Under the pieces are notes generated by a model. The model had not been told where the DNA came from and made no database searches. It was given only the letters and a program-made list of their open reading frames with translations. Below, piece after piece: positions 1 to 11,553 of a stretch of 64,000 nt of DNA; the stretch's first letter is position 1; each line of letters starts with the position of its first letter. The translations under genes were made by a program, and so were the position numbers. This stretch comes from a virus. The stretch is from positions 60,455 to 124,454 of IMG/VR virus record IMGVR_UViG_3300029957_000006, one strand, 5' to 3'.

Positions 1-204
1 TTTATCCGATTCTGTTTTGCTGGTAAATTCTGGAACAATCAAGTCACCAGTAAAACCTTGCTTTTCAAATTCTTCAATAGCTGCAAATCTCCAAGAAGTT
101 AAATGTGGTTGATGACCTCTAACTGTTGGACCAGCAAGAAAAATTGATGGTTTTGAAATAGTATTTATTTCAGTTTCTGATTCTTCGTATCTATGAACCT
201 TCAT
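1..204 (-). CDS. Nucleoside 2-deoxyribosyltransferase-like protein (N-terminal part, runs off window)
   Basis: Manual translation MKVHRYEE...SIFLAGPTVRG...SWRFAAIEEF; IFLAGP..W motif of NDT-like family. Confidence 0.55.
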   Translation of the reverse strand, partial: MKVHRYEESETEINTISKPSIFLAGPTVRGHQPHLTSWRFAAIEEFEKQGFTGDLIVPEFTSKTESDK

Positions 205-209
205 ACAAA

Positions 210-1871
210 TTATTGTTTTGCTGGTGCATACTCAATCAACAATGCTTGTTTAGTTGACATGATTTCAGCACTTGCTGGATAATTGTGATTTTCTGTTGTT
301 CCAAGACTCAAAGGCATACTTGCCATTTGAGATTTAATATTTGCTTTGATAATCAAGAAGTCATCATCTTGTCCTTCACCAAATGGTTTATAAATGTTGG
401 TACCATCGAAATAAGTAACCATTGCATCTTCACCTGATTCATGTTCAAAACAAATGGTTTTCTTAGCTCCCAATGCTTCTTTACTTCTGAGCAATTTGAA
501 AGGACCTGGTAATGTTCCTTTACCAATTGTTTCGCTGAATTTCACAACTGGACGATCTTCAGAACCAACAGATGATAAAGCATATTTTGCTGATAAGTTA
601 TCACGTTTCAAATTATTACGCAACCCACCACCTTGTCCGAATAATCCCCAAGTGTAGAATGCATATCCTTTTGCAATGAGTGCATCGATTTCTTCAAGAA
701 TATCTTCGCAAGATTTTCCATCACCGTCCAAGAAGTGAAATAATGTACCACATTTCCAAGAACCAGTCTTGGTTGTCATTTCTGTGAACAGACCATTTGC
801 AACTGAAAGATCGCAAATTTCAATGATTTGATCAAGTGTTGTATATCCTTCTTTTGAAGAATCAGGACGAGCAACAACTACTTTACCATTACCTTCTTTG
901 AGACTTCTCAAAGCTAGTGGCAATAACATATTTTTTACGGAGTTTTTAGCATCATAACAATCATCAACCATTGATACAATTTCATGGTTCTTACATGAGT
1001 TATAGATCGCTTCGTAACAATCATTTTCTTTTGTATATGATTGTACGTTTCTGTGAGCAAGAGCATTTACACTTGAGAAGATGCCAATTGCTTCACCAGA
1101 ATTTTTCCATGCTTGGTAAGCACCAGAAAACGTATCTGTACCACCAAAGGTGTATAAGTGAACCATTCCAAGTTCTTCTGATTCTTCAAGTGTCATACCA
1201 GCTCTGTCACCAAAGTCAGTAATCGTAATGCTGGCCCAGAAATTAAGCATTTCTTCTGACATATCTGGATCAACTTTAAGAATGCGTTCTTTGATACGCA
1301 ATAAGAAGTGTTCATCTTGTGTAACACGTTCAGTAGTACTCCAAGTTTGGAGAATTTTAGATTCAAACCAAGCACCCAACACACCAAGTCCATCAACATC
1401 AGAGATGATTTCAATAGCTGGTTCATTTGGATAAATGACGCTTCCTTCACGCACAGCACGAATTTTAATTGGGGGACGGCCACCGAATTCATCAACAACT
1501 CTGCGCCAGATTTCTTCTGGGAATTCATATTCTTTGAATCCTTCCATTGTAACCTTAGCATGAGCTAGGAAACGGATTGTTTCATCGATCTCAGCGTGTG
1601 TGATTGGTTCGTAGAATAATTTTTCAAGAATACGTTGGAGACCAATAAAGATGATACGATTGTCAGCTTTACTGTAAATATGAGGATTAATCGTATTGAG
1701 ATTTTTTCTGAATGTTACATAATAAACCGATTTTTCTTTAGCCTCTGGGCTTTCGAATTTATTAGAACCAATGGTATAAGCATCACCAAGCAATAGACGT
1801 GGTGTTTTATAAACTTTACGTTTTGGCAATACAACCGTTTTAACTTGTTCTGTTGTTGAGACTTCGTTCAT
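210..1871 (-). CDS. nadV: Nicotinamide phosphoribosyltransferase (NAMPT/NadV)
   Basis: 553 aa; DAY, TDFGDRA, GTDT, ARPDS, DGDG, GGGLR..KRD motifs of NAMPT. Confidence 0.85.
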   Translation of the reverse strand: MNEVSTTEQVKTVVLPKRKVYKTPRLLLGDAYTIGSNKFESPEAKEKSVYYVTFRKNLNTINPHIYSKADNRIIFIGLQRILEKLFYEPITHAEIDETIRFLAHAKVTMEGFKEYEFPEEIWRRVVDEFGGRPPIKIRAVREGSVIYPNEPAIEIISDVDGLGVLGAWFESKILQTWSTTERVTQDEHFLLRIKERILKVDPDMSEEMLNFWASITITDFGDRAGMTLEESEELGMVHLYTFGGTDTFSGAYQAWKNSGEAIGIFSSVNALAHRNVQSYTKENDCYEAIYNSCKNHEIVSMVDDCYDAKNSVKNMLLPLALRSLKEGNGKVVVARPDSSKEGYTTLDQIIEICDLSVANGLFTEMTTKTGSWKCGTLFHFLDGDGKSCEDILEEIDALIAKGYAFYTWGLFGQGGGLRNNLKRDNLSAKYALSSVGSEDRPVVKFSETIGKGTLPGPFKLLRSKEALGAKKTICFEHESGEDAMVTYFDGTNIYKPFGEGQDDDFLIIKANIKSQMASMPLSLGTTENHNYPASAEIMSTKQALLIEYAPAKQ

Positions 1872-1873
1872 GG

Positions 1874-2206
1874 TTATTGATTTTTAAAATTAATATACGT
1901 GATTTTGATATTGTGTTCTTGTGCAAATTTAATTTCTTCTTGTACCCCAAGTGATCCTTCCCAACCATCAACCATTAAGACATGCATTTCATTACATAGT
2001 ATAAGTAAGTCAAAACTTAATTTACACCAGAAATTAAAGTCACTTGGAAGTTCAGCATGTTGAAGGATTGTTACACCACTAGTTACTGGTGATATACAAC
2101 TGATACCATCTTTTAAAAGCTTAGCTGAGTATTGAGATATAGATTTGACTCTGTATTCAATTACAGCCTTGTTTTTATCAGAATATGGTATTGATAGAAA
2201 TATCAT
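1874..2206 (-). CDS. DUF1937 / NDT-like protein
   Basis: IFLSIPYS...SPV...DGWEGSLGVQEEI pattern. Confidence 0.6.
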   Translation of the reverse strand: MIFLSIPYSDKNKAVIEYRVKSISQYSAKLLKDGISCISPVTSGVTILQHAELPSDFNFWCKLSFDLLILCNEMHVLMVDGWEGSLGVQEEIKFAQEHNIKITYINFKNQ

Positions 2207-2449
2207 TTATACTTAATTACGACACAAAGGTACTAAATAAATTTTAATTAAACAAGTTTAGTTTAACTTTTCTGTTTTGATCCTCTATTGTTATAATATA
2301 CCACCCTTAATTCTTCTATTTTTTCTATAACTTCCGTTAACTTTTCCTTTTCATTTTTTGATAAAAGACTTGATTTACTTAATTTAATAAGATTGCCTTT
2401 TGTACCATTAATGGAAGCATAAATATGTTTTCGATGATCTGTATATGTT

Positions 2450-2908
2450 TTATTCATATGCGTTTACCATTCTTTTATTCTGTGATTCAGCATATTGGAT
2501 GCAATTCTTGGTTCCACCACTACTCCCATCAAACATTGCCAGTAAAATATCACAATTATCAACCATCCAAATATTTCTTTTTTGCATGTATTCTACACTA
2601 TAATCATCCATACCAGACACATTAACAACCTCTTGTGCCTTATCTAAAAGGTATTGATTATAAGCTTTGCTTTTATCGCTCCAAACCTTAGCTTGATCAG
2701 TGAATGGAATTGCTGCAATGAGGGGGATTTCTAAATTGATAGCTGCTTGAGCTAGTGCTTGATCCCAACCTAAAGCCATCCCTGAGATAACCTTACTGGC
2801 TTTGAGACCCTTTAACCATTTCTCGGCTATTGTGACTAAGCGATCAAAATTGGCTTCAGTATAACCACCCAATTTATCAGGTCTATGTCCAGTGCCAGCT
2901 ATTATCAT
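2450..2908 (-). CDS. SLOG/YspA-like (DUF1273) protein
   Basis: GTGHRPDKL, SGMALGWD, RNIWMVD, GGTKNC motifs. Confidence 0.75.
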   Translation of the reverse strand: MIIAGTGHRPDKLGGYTEANFDRLVTIAEKWLKGLKASKVISGMALGWDQALAQAAINLEIPLIAAIPFTDQAKVWSDKSKAYNQYLLDKAQEVVNVSGMDDYSVEYMQKRNIWMVDNCDILLAMFDGSSGGTKNCIQYAESQNKRMVNAYE

Positions 2909-3782
2909 TCCTCACTTGAATTATATTTGAGAGAATTCTTTTCTAACAACTCAGTCATGTCACATAATTCATTTTGAATACTAGCTCTAATCGTTCCTAA
3001 TTGAAGATATTCATCCTTAGACAACTTATCAATTCCTTTTAATTCATCTCTATTTGTATGAGCAATTGCAAGACATAATTTTAAAAATGATTTTGTTGTT
3101 TTTGGTTTCATCTTAACTTCTCTATTTTACTCAAAAATTTTTCATTGGAATACAATTGTCCCTCAAACCATTTAATATTTCTATGATTTGGTGTATGTTC
3201 TTTCATATATTCAATTTTCTTATTTAAATGAAGAACATTACCTTCTATATCTGTTTTAAGTTGATCAATTAAATTTTGTTTTGAATACCAATGATTAAAA
3301 TCATCTTCAGTAGGGACACTGTTTTCAAAAAATTTTTCGAAAGAATCTTTCAAAATTAATGGTATTATCTTTTCTTCTATTTTTAATTTTTGTTCTGTTA
3401 TATCAGAATTAAAATTTGATATTATTGGCTCACCTACTTTTTTTAAGTAATGAACAATATATCCTACTGAGTTTTCCATATTTATGCAATTCTAATTAAG
3501 TCCAACAATAAAGTGGTTATGTAATTTACAGCTTTTGATGTTCCCAAGTGATTCAAAACAAGAAATAAGCATTGAATTAAATTCACGTCCTTCAAGTGTC
3601 TCTATTCTGAGCATTGTTGGGTCATCAAATGGTTGCCATTCAGGTCGTTTTTTCTTTTTTATTCGTTTCATTTTTATAATTATCAAAGAATCTAAATTAT
3701 TTTACCCAAGCTAAGTCTTTTTCACATCTAACAGATATTTATATACAAAGAAACTAAATAAATCTGAATAAAACAACTAATA

Positions 3783-4412
3783 ATGAATATTTTAATCTAC
3801 AAGCTAATTGATCCAAGGACAAATGAAATTAGATATGTTGGAAAAACTAAAAAATCTTTAACCAAAAGATTATATGAACATTTAACTAAACGTAATTTAA
3901 CACCAAAAACCCATAAAAATCATTGGATTAAACAATTATTAAACGAAAAACTTAAACCTAAAATTGAATTGATTGAAATTACTGATCAAAACAATTGGAT
4001 TGAAAGAGAAATCTTTCATATTAAAAAATTGCGAAGTGAAGGTACTTACTTGACTAACTTAACTGATGGTGGTGATGGTGCATTAGGTAGTAAACAAAGC
4101 AAAGAATCAATACAGAAAAGAATTGACACAATAAAGGAAAGATATGGTAATTTAGCTTTTAAACTATCTGATGAAACCAAAAATAATATAAGAATAGCTC
4201 ATTTAGGTAAAAAACAATCACAAGAACGAAAAGATAAAACTAGCATAAACTTACGAAAAACTCTATTCCAATATGATTTAAATAATAATTTAATTAAGGA
4301 ATGGCATGGAGTTAGAAAGTGTGCTAAAACTCTTAATATAGATTACACAACACTAAGAGTTTATATTAAATCCCAAAAACCATTAAATGGTTTTATTTGG
4401 AAATATCAATAA
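3783..4412 (+). CDS. GIY-YIG homing endonuclease with NUMOD-like C-terminus
   Basis: IYKLIDP...YVGKT...R..EH; NLTDGGDG; opposite strand to neighbours. Confidence 0.8.
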   Translation: MNILIYKLIDPRTNEIRYVGKTKKSLTKRLYEHLTKRNLTPKTHKNHWIKQLLNEKLKPKIELIEITDQNNWIEREIFHIKKLRSEGTYLTNLTDGGDGALGSKQSKESIQKRIDTIKERYGNLAFKLSDETKNNIRIAHLGKKQSQERKDKTSINLRKTLFQYDLNNNLIKEWHGVRKCAKTLNIDYTTLRVYIKSQKPLNGFIWKYQ

Positions 4413-5349
4413 CTTTATTTTTAAGTTTATCAATCAATTGTTTCATTAATGAAACATGTTCTACCATAACTAATTGCTCTATTTTTTGATGTGTGTCAAA
4501 ATCTTCAATTGCTTTCCATTCTAACATTGCAATATCATCAGATGGTTGAATGCGACCCATGATGAATTTACCAATGAAAAGAGTTGTCATGATACCATGT
4601 TCAGTACCAGCATAACGCCAGTCGTTGATTTGTTCACTGGCAACATAACGCAATCCATCAATTTCACATCCACCAGTTTCTTCAGAAAATTCACGTTTAG
4701 CAGCATCTTCCCAACGTCCATCCTTACGATCAACGAATCCACCAATGAATCGATAAAGGTCTTCATTTGGCTTTTTACCCAATAGGATTTGACCTTTTTC
4801 ATTATAAGCAACCACATCAACAGTTGGATATGTTACTGCCCATTGTGCAAACGTAGCATGAATAACACCAGCCCTGAAATCACTTGAGTTTAGAATTTCT
4901 TTTGAAACTTGATTACGGACTTCAGTTCCAGAATAATACACATCAGTGATTAATTCTACAACTGGGAATTTTCCTTTGTAATGTGGGATAAATGAATCAC
5001 GACTACCATATAATAGTGCTGTGATTTTTGAACCGAATGGAATTCGGATTTCAGAATCAAGATTGTCTGACCATCGTTGATCAGATCGTTGATCCTTATG
5101 AGGAAGGATAATTACATCTGGGTAACTTTGTTGGATCATTGCTTTGCGAGTGGCAAAATCCAATGGATTTGCTTTAGTTCCACCAACTTGTGGTATACCT
5201 AAAAATACAATAACTTTTTTGTGGTTTTCACATACTTGGTCAAGAAATTTAATATGACCTTCATGCAATTTATGTACTTGAAAACGTGCTATGATTACAC
5301 CAATTTCATAATCAGAAGGATTGAGTGCGCTTGATTTGATTTCCATCAT
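4393..5349 (-). CDS. Bifunctional NMN adenylyltransferase / Nudix ADP-ribose hydrolase (NadM-Nudix)
   Basis: ARFQ..HEGH, NPL, SGTEVR motifs; Nudix box GGFVD...AAKREFSEETG. Confidence 0.88.
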   Translation of the reverse strand: MMEIKSSALNPSDYEIGVIIARFQVHKLHEGHIKFLDQVCENHKKVIVFLGIPQVGGTKANPLDFATRKAMIQQSYPDVIILPHKDQRSDQRWSDNLDSEIRIPFGSKITALLYGSRDSFIPHYKGKFPVVELITDVYYSGTEVRNQVSKEILNSSDFRAGVIHATFAQWAVTYPTVDVVAYNEKGQILLGKKPNEDLYRFIGGFVDRKDGRWEDAAKREFSEETGGCEIDGLRYVASEQINDWRYAGTEHGIMTTLFIGKFIMGRIQPSDDIAMLEWKAIEDFDTHQKIEQLVMVEHVSLMKQLIDKLKNKVIDISK

Positions 5350-5407
5350 TTTAATATAGATTAGATTGCAAAGGTATGAATAATATTTGGAAGAACCAAA
5401 TTTAATC

Positions 5408-5773
5408 TTATCGATTTGATAACATCGTAAATAATCCAGTCATTGTAAATCCAATTCCAATAACAAACATAGCATTTCTAGGTGTTTGTTTCCAAAATGG
5501 TGGTCTAACAATTGGAGCATTATAGATATTCATTGGGCTTGAATAGGTCCAATAAACATTTCGTTCAAGCAAAGCAGCACCTGTAAAGGCAATACCAGCA
5601 ATTGTAAATGTTAAACCAGTTCTAGTGTTATCATCACTGGAATAATAACGAGGTGATCGTTTAAATGATTGAGAAAATGATGTCAGCGTTGACAACATAA
5701 AGATTAATAATAGGAATTTTTTCATTTGATCATATTTTAAAACAAAGGTACAAAAAATTCCCCAATAAAACAA
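5408..5773 (-). CDS. Membrane/secreted hypothetical protein
   Basis: Signal-like MKKFLLLIF (probable start) and two hydrophobic segments. Confidence 0.5.
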   Translation of the reverse strand: MFYWGIFCTFVLKYDQMKKFLLLIFMLSTLTSFSQSFKRSPRYYSSDDNTRTGLTFTIAGIAFTGAALLERNVYWTYSSPMNIYNAPIVRPPFWKQTPRNAMFVIGIGFTMTGLFTMLSNR

Positions 5774-5789
5774 ATTATTGGGGATATTT

Positions 5790-7076
5790 TTAATGTTTGG
5801 TTTGGAAACCCATTGATTGATTTTCTTTTTCTAGTTGACTTGAATAGAAACCTCTATACGATTCTTCAATAAGACTTACAGTGTCATTAACTGTCCAATC
5901 ATCTTCATCTTCTGACATTTCTTTTATGTTGTCGGCTAAATTAGCAATAAATGAACCAGTAACCTTTGCTTTCTTTCCATTTATTCTGCCATTTAATGCA
6001 TCATAAACTTCTTTAATTTGCCATTTTTCTGGTAAGTGAATATTACAAACTTGAACAATTTGATCTTCATCTAAAAAGCTATAATCTAATGTGAAATTAA
6101 ATCTACCTGGTCTTTCGGCAGCTTTATCCACCAAACCTTTATCATTAGTAGAAGCCAATAAGCTTATCTTACGTTTCTTAACACCATCAAAGAATGATAA
6201 GAATTGACCAAGTAATTGTGTGTAACTTCCGTTATCACGTGATCCTAGATATAAATCAATATCATCCATAATGATGACACCTTGATCAAATATTTCGCAT
6301 GCTTCTAATATTGAAGTTAGATCATCGGATGTCGAGAAATCTGGAATAATGAATGTGACATGTGGAATAAGTCTTCTTGCTATTTCACGAATGCATTCTG
6401 TTTTACCAGTTCCTGGTTCTCCATTCAACAAATATCTAGCATTACCACCTCTACCAACACGTTTTATAAAATGCTCAATATATCTTTTTTGAATCGCATT
6501 AAGAATTAATACATTGCTTGCAATTCCAAGATCAATTATTTCAATACCCTTGAAGCTACTCTCATGTAATTTTACCTTAATGCATTTACCTTTATATTCT
6601 GAATTATTAAAGGCAAATCCTATTAGCTTCTTATAATACTCTTCGAATTTTGTATTTAGAATACTTTTTTTAACTGATGTATTAAGTTGAATGACTAACT
6701 CATTTCGACTATCAACATACATCTTTGTTTGGAAGATAAAGTCATTATCCACACCTTCCATTCTACCAGCAAACCAAAATGAACTGGTTATTTCAAAAGG
6801 ACCACCATAGTTAACTCGTCCCAATGAATCTACTTGTCCATAAGAAGTAACTACAACATCTTTTGTCTTTCCACGAAATGATTTATATAAATAAGCATTT
6901 AAAAAAGCAAATTCAATAAAACTAATATTTTTGGATAATGATTGGGCATCATATTCCTCTGAATCATCAAGTTCATCTGGTGGAACTTCCATGTCTTCTG
7001 TTATCTCTTTAAGTAATTCTTCCTCTTGTGAATCAAATTCCTCAGATTTCTTGTTTTCAAGTTTTTTATTTCCCAT
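5790..7076 (-). CDS. AAA+ ATPase
   Basis: Walker A GEPGTGKT, Walker B IIMDDID, STN, RPGRF. Confidence 0.85.
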   Translation of the reverse strand: MGNKKLENKKSEEFDSQEEELLKEITEDMEVPPDELDDSEEYDAQSLSKNISFIEFAFLNAYLYKSFRGKTKDVVVTSYGQVDSLGRVNYGGPFEITSSFWFAGRMEGVDNDFIFQTKMYVDSRNELVIQLNTSVKKSILNTKFEEYYKKLIGFAFNNSEYKGKCIKVKLHESSFKGIEIIDLGIASNVLILNAIQKRYIEHFIKRVGRGGNARYLLNGEPGTGKTECIREIARRLIPHVTFIIPDFSTSDDLTSILEACEIFDQGVIIMDDIDLYLGSRDNGSYTQLLGQFLSFFDGVKKRKISLLASTNDKGLVDKAAERPGRFNFTLDYSFLDEDQIVQVCNIHLPEKWQIKEVYDALNGRINGKKAKVTGSFIANLADNIKEMSEDEDDWTVNDTVSLIEESYRGFYSSQLEKENQSMGFQTKH

Positions 7077-7101
7077 AATTCTATTTCTCTTTTAACTCTA
7101 A

Positions 7102-7734
7102 TTAATGATGATTATTTGACGCTTTAAAGTCAATATCTTCTTTTAATTTTATTATGTCCAAATAAGAAATTGGCGCATAGTTAAATCCCATACAACCCAC
7201 ATCAATTATTCGATTTTGCTTATGAAATTCACCTTCACTTAAACTTAAATGACAATGACCATGTACATGATAACTACCATGATGTTTCTTATTCCAAGAG
7301 TATATTGGATAATGCATGCAACAAAATAATACTTCTTCATCAATAGAAGAACCATCTGGCAATACTTTTTTAAATCTTATAAATAAATCCAAATAGTCAT
7401 CAACACTGACGAATTTTTTATACTTTTTTATATCATCATATTTATCATGATTACCAATGATATAATGAATTGTTCCATTTAGATTATTAACAAGCTTCTC
7501 AACAGTAATTTTATCTTCACGTCTAGCAAAGCTGAGATCACCTAGATAAATAACAATATCTTCTGGTTTAACAACATCATTCCAAGCCTTTTCAATTTCC
7601 AAATGCATTTCATTAACATCAGTAAATGGCCTATTATCAAAGCGCAATACATTGTGGTGAAACAAGTGAAAATCAGAAGTAAAATATATATTCTTCTGAA
7701 TCTTTCCTTGTGTTAAATCAATATTTAATCTCAT
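7102..7734 (-). CDS. Calcineurin-like metallophosphoesterase
   Basis: SDFH, LGD, GNHD, HGHCH motifs. Confidence 0.85.
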   Translation of the reverse strand: MRLNIDLTQGKIQKNIYFTSDFHLFHHNVLRFDNRPFTDVNEMHLEIEKAWNDVVKPEDIVIYLGDLSFARREDKITVEKLVNNLNGTIHYIIGNHDKYDDIKKYKKFVSVDDYLDLFIRFKKVLPDGSSIDEEVLFCCMHYPIYSWNKKHHGSYHVHGHCHLSLSEGEFHKQNRIIDVGCMGFNYAPISYLDIIKLKEDIDFKASNNHH

Positions 7735-8270
7735 TTATTTAATTTTATTTTAACGTCCTTAAAAATAGTTTCTAATGAATCTGGGCCAATCCCAGTAATG
7801 GTTTCATAAGAAATATTATTTTCTGACAAGAATCCTTTCAAATCTTCATCAACTTGTTTAGCACCATCTAGGTCTTGATATCTGCCTACTGTTTCATATG
7901 GAACATTTAAATCTCGTTCTATGAAATATAGAAGATTATCATATTGATTATATTCCTTTAAAACCAAAGCTTTTAAATGAGGACACTTTGTTTTATCATA
8001 AGATGGAAATAACAATAAAGGTGCATCAGTAACAATTACATCAACTTCACCAGTTAAGCTGAATAAGATAAAATGCTGTTCTGCAAAAAGCTTAACTTGA
8101 CAAGTGATCTCTTTCATTGCTTTTCGCATCAATAACTCCTTGATATATTCTGGAGCCACACTACAGGTAACACCATTTTTTTTCAATTTTGAAAATATAT
8201 CAGCAGCTAGAATTGTCTTACCGATACCTGGTCCTCCAATAAGATTGATGACTATTTGTTTAGTTTCCAT
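7731..8270 (-). CDS. P-loop nucleotide kinase (NadR/AAA_28-like)
   Basis: GGPGIGKT, PEY, TDAPLL, GRYQ. Confidence 0.65.
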   Translation of the reverse strand: METKQIVINLIGGPGIGKTILAADIFSKLKKNGVTCSVAPEYIKELLMRKAMKEITCQVKLFAEQHFILFSLTGEVDVIVTDAPLLLFPSYDKTKCPHLKALVLKEYNQYDNLLYFIERDLNVPYETVGRYQDLDGAKQVDEDLKGFLSENNISYETITGIGPDSLETIFKDVKIKLNK

Positions 8271-8855
8271 CCGAATCCATTTGTTTCTTTAACTTTGATA
8301 ATACATCACTGGCATCTCCAAGTGTAAATGTTGTTACTGGATTCTTTTTTTTCATATTAACGATCTTGTTCTGAACATCAATGTCTTCAATATTTTCAGC
8401 TCGTTCAATAAATGATGTTCGTTTAATAGAACCTAATAACCAATTAATATGTTTATCACCCTTAAGTGATTTTGTGATAACCCAATTATAAAACTCCTGA
8501 AATGCTGGATAAGACATAAATGTAGTGGTATCTTTTCCAGTAACACCCATTTTCTTATCACCAATGAGCTTAGTTACTGGTGATGTCTTGTCAGCATTTT
8601 CATCAAACATGGTCTTCAAGCTCTTCATGAAGTTATCCTTGAATTCTTCTGTTTGAATTCCTTCAAAGATATCTTGTACTGAAAATAACGAATCTTTCGT
8701 AATAACACATTTAAAATCACCCTTTGGTTTATCCATAACCTTTTCAACTTTTGAAATTGGCATATATGCTCTAACAAGATGGTTGATGAACGTTTTAGAT
8801 TTTGGGTTCTCAAGCATCTTATCTAAGCTTGAATGGATTTCTTCTTGGGTCATTC

Positions 8856-9242
8856 TTAATTTTGTTTAATGAAAATGTAATATGCTGAAAGTAATTGTAT
8901 GTAGTGTAATACTTGATCAAAACCAACTACAACAAATCCCCAATGATAATCGTTCTTACCAAAGTATTTGCTGCTTAATCTGCTAGTACAGTAATCAGTA
9001 ATCCAGTGTGTTATAAATACAAAAGCAGCAAACTCTAAATACTGGCTAGCCATGTATTCATATGATGGTTGGAAGAAGCAAAACATCCAAGCTAAGAACG
9101 TTACTGTAGAATAAACAGCAACATGAATTGTTAACCAATAATTGCTCTTACTTTTATTTACAGCCATCTCATCTGATTGGCACATGAAGTCAGCGAAAAA
9201 ATGTATCGCTATTATCAATAAGGCTACAGGTATACTTATCAT
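8856..9242 (-). CDS. DUF3307-like membrane protein
   Basis: HFFADF.CQ, HWITD, GFDQVLH. Confidence 0.7.
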   Translation of the reverse strand: MISIPVALLIIAIHFFADFMCQSDEMAVNKSKSNYWLTIHVAVYSTVTFLAWMFCFFQPSYEYMASQYLEFAAFVFITHWITDYCTSRLSSKYFGKNDYHWGFVVVGFDQVLHYIQLLSAYYIFIKQN

Positions 9243-9243
9243 A

Positions 9244-9684
9244 CTATTTGTTTAATATTTCTTCTTGAATAACTTTAGTAACAACTTTGTTGTCAAAAGC
9301 TTTTCCTTTATTTTGTCTATTGAATGTTCCTGTAAGGAAGCCAACATTTAAAGCAATCGTTTCAGATGTATTTAACATGTTCTTGACTAAAATACGAATT
9401 TCATCTTCAGTCATTAATGTTGGTTGATATGGCTTGATGTAAGATAATTCCAATTCTTGTTCTGAAACATCTAACTTCATTGTCTTGCGACCTTCAATGT
9501 TTTCTAGAATTCCTTTTTCAAAGGATTTAATCACCTTCAAAACATTTTCATCGGTAGATGGAATCAATTGGCCTTCTTGAGTTTGTATAGCACCTTTTAA
9601 AACGCTTAAGAAATTTTTCTTTAACATGTCTTTAGCTTTGTAAGCTTCCATGAAATCAGCGTTTATTTGTTCTTTTATTGACAT
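9244..9684 (-). CDS. GatB/YqeY domain protein
   Basis: I.ADFMEAYKAKD...ELELSYIKPYQP.LMTEDEI. Confidence 0.75.
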   Translation of the reverse strand: MSIKEQINADFMEAYKAKDMLKKNFLSVLKGAIQTQEGQLIPSTDENVLKVIKSFEKGILENIEGRKTMKLDVSEQELELSYIKPYQPTLMTEDEIRILVKNMLNTSETIALNVGFLTGTFNRQNKGKAFDNKVVTKVIQEEILNK

Positions 9685-11384
9685 TTGTTTTATTTTTTTA
9701 CAACTAAATAATGGTGATAATTTTTATTACCATCAGAAGCAAAATAGCCCCATTTCAATTCACCCCTTTGTACTCGTTCACCTATTAATCTGAATTCATC
9801 TTGTGGAGCATCAGATGCTATTCGTATGTATTTCGATGGCTTTATTTCTTCTTTTTCTTCTTTCTTTTTAGCCATTGTGATTCATATAACAAAGGTACTA
9901 TATTTATTTTATAAATACAAGTATTATTTTTTAGGTTTTCTCCAATGATTATTAATCATAATATTAAGATTTGTAAAAGGAATATATCGGCCACCTTTCA
10001 TTCCTTTTCCAGTTCTAAAATATACATGAATACCAAAAATAGTAAACCAAGTTCCACCTATGTGTTTCCAATCACCTTTTTGAAAGGGTTTCCAACAATC
10101 AAGATTATCTGATCTTTCCTTATAGTATTCATTCATAAATCTGATCATGCTCCAAAATTGCTTCTCAGCTTCTTCTTTTGTCTTTCCATCACCATAACTT
10201 GAAAAACCTAGAATTTTTTCAGCTTCTTCTGTTGTTGAAATAAAAACTGTTTCACCCTCTTGAATCAATTCAACTGGTATGCTTATATTAATAGTTTCTG
10301 AAGTCATATTAGTATTTTTTTACTGTTCCTTGATCAGTTATTGAAACAAGAGTGTCTTTGCCATATGGCATTCCAGTTCCGTTGAAAACAACTGAGCGAT
10401 TTTGATCGATCCAACGCTTGAAAATTAATTGGCCTTTAGCATTGTAAAGGTAGAGTTCTTTACCTACGATTACTTTATTAAATGTTCCTTGTAACATAAA
10501 ACTTTATTTATTTTTAATAGAATACTCTTTTCGTTCCAATAGTAAAGTCAAATCAGTATATGCAATCCAATCACTGAACTTATCAATGAATAAATCAATG
10601 TATCTGGATGCACCTTTGGTGTGTTCCAGATTTACGCATGAATTAATAACAGCTTCTGCTTTCTCAAATGCGATTTCTTTTGGACTTAGTTGATTATTCA
10701 TTTACCGAATAGGTTAATAGTTGTTTACATTTGTCACAGTATATTGGAGGTGCCTTTCCTAACATTGATTCAGAAATATACGGTCCTTCATTATTGCCAT
10801 TGATATCTTCAACAATATAATTTTCACCTTCTTTGCTTGATACAAAACACATTATGATGTAACATCGATTACATAAAGCAACTGGGTTACCACCATTAAA
10901 TTTTATTATTGGAGTTAGCTTTTTCATTACAAAGGTACAAATTTATATTCATTTAACCAAATTTTATTTTAGTAGAAACAACTCTTATATAAATATTCCC
11001 TATTGCAACAATAAATTAAAAATTACTTTTCTTCCTCCTTAACAGATTCATTATCAACCTCATCTTTTGGTTTTAACAAATCAGTTAAATTCTTGATGGC
11101 TTCTGTCACCATTACTTCTCTTTTGGAATAGCCATTTTGATCAGCTAAATCAATTAAAGCACATAATGCTTCACAAACACAAACTACGTCTGTATTAACT
11201 AATAATTGAGCTTCTTCGAAATTGGTTGGTGGTTTAATCTCATTTGGTTTCCCAAGAATGACCTTTTGTGGACGATCACTATCAATGTCTATTAATAATA
11301 AAGTTTTCATAATATCTAGCTTTTAGGCAAATATACTATTTTTTTCGTATCAGTGCAACTATTTATATGCAAATTAAACCAATC

Positions 11385-11531
11385 ATGGCAAAACAATTGA
11401 AAACAGGTAATACCTCAACTAGAATAACCAATGCTAAAAAAAGCAGAAAAGGAATTCATGCTAAAAGCAAAGCATCAAGATCAAAAAAAGCTAAAAATTA
11501 CTTTAAACGAAATGTAGGTCAAGGTAAATAA
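11385..11531 (+). CDS. Small basic protein (48 aa, below ORF-track cutoff)
   Basis: MAKQLKTGNTSTRITNAKKSRKGIHAKSKASRSKKAKNYFKRNVGQGK; preceded by TATTTATA. Confidence 0.6.
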   Translation: MAKQLKTGNTSTRITNAKKSRKGIHAKSKASRSKKAKNYFKRNVGQGK

Positions 11532-11553
11532 AAAGGGTTTTAAAATAATTTTA

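Noticed and set aside
454-1568. Nested or antisense ORFs within nadV (similarly within ligase, cas3 and PARP genes)
   Set aside because: Shadow frames of well-supported genes
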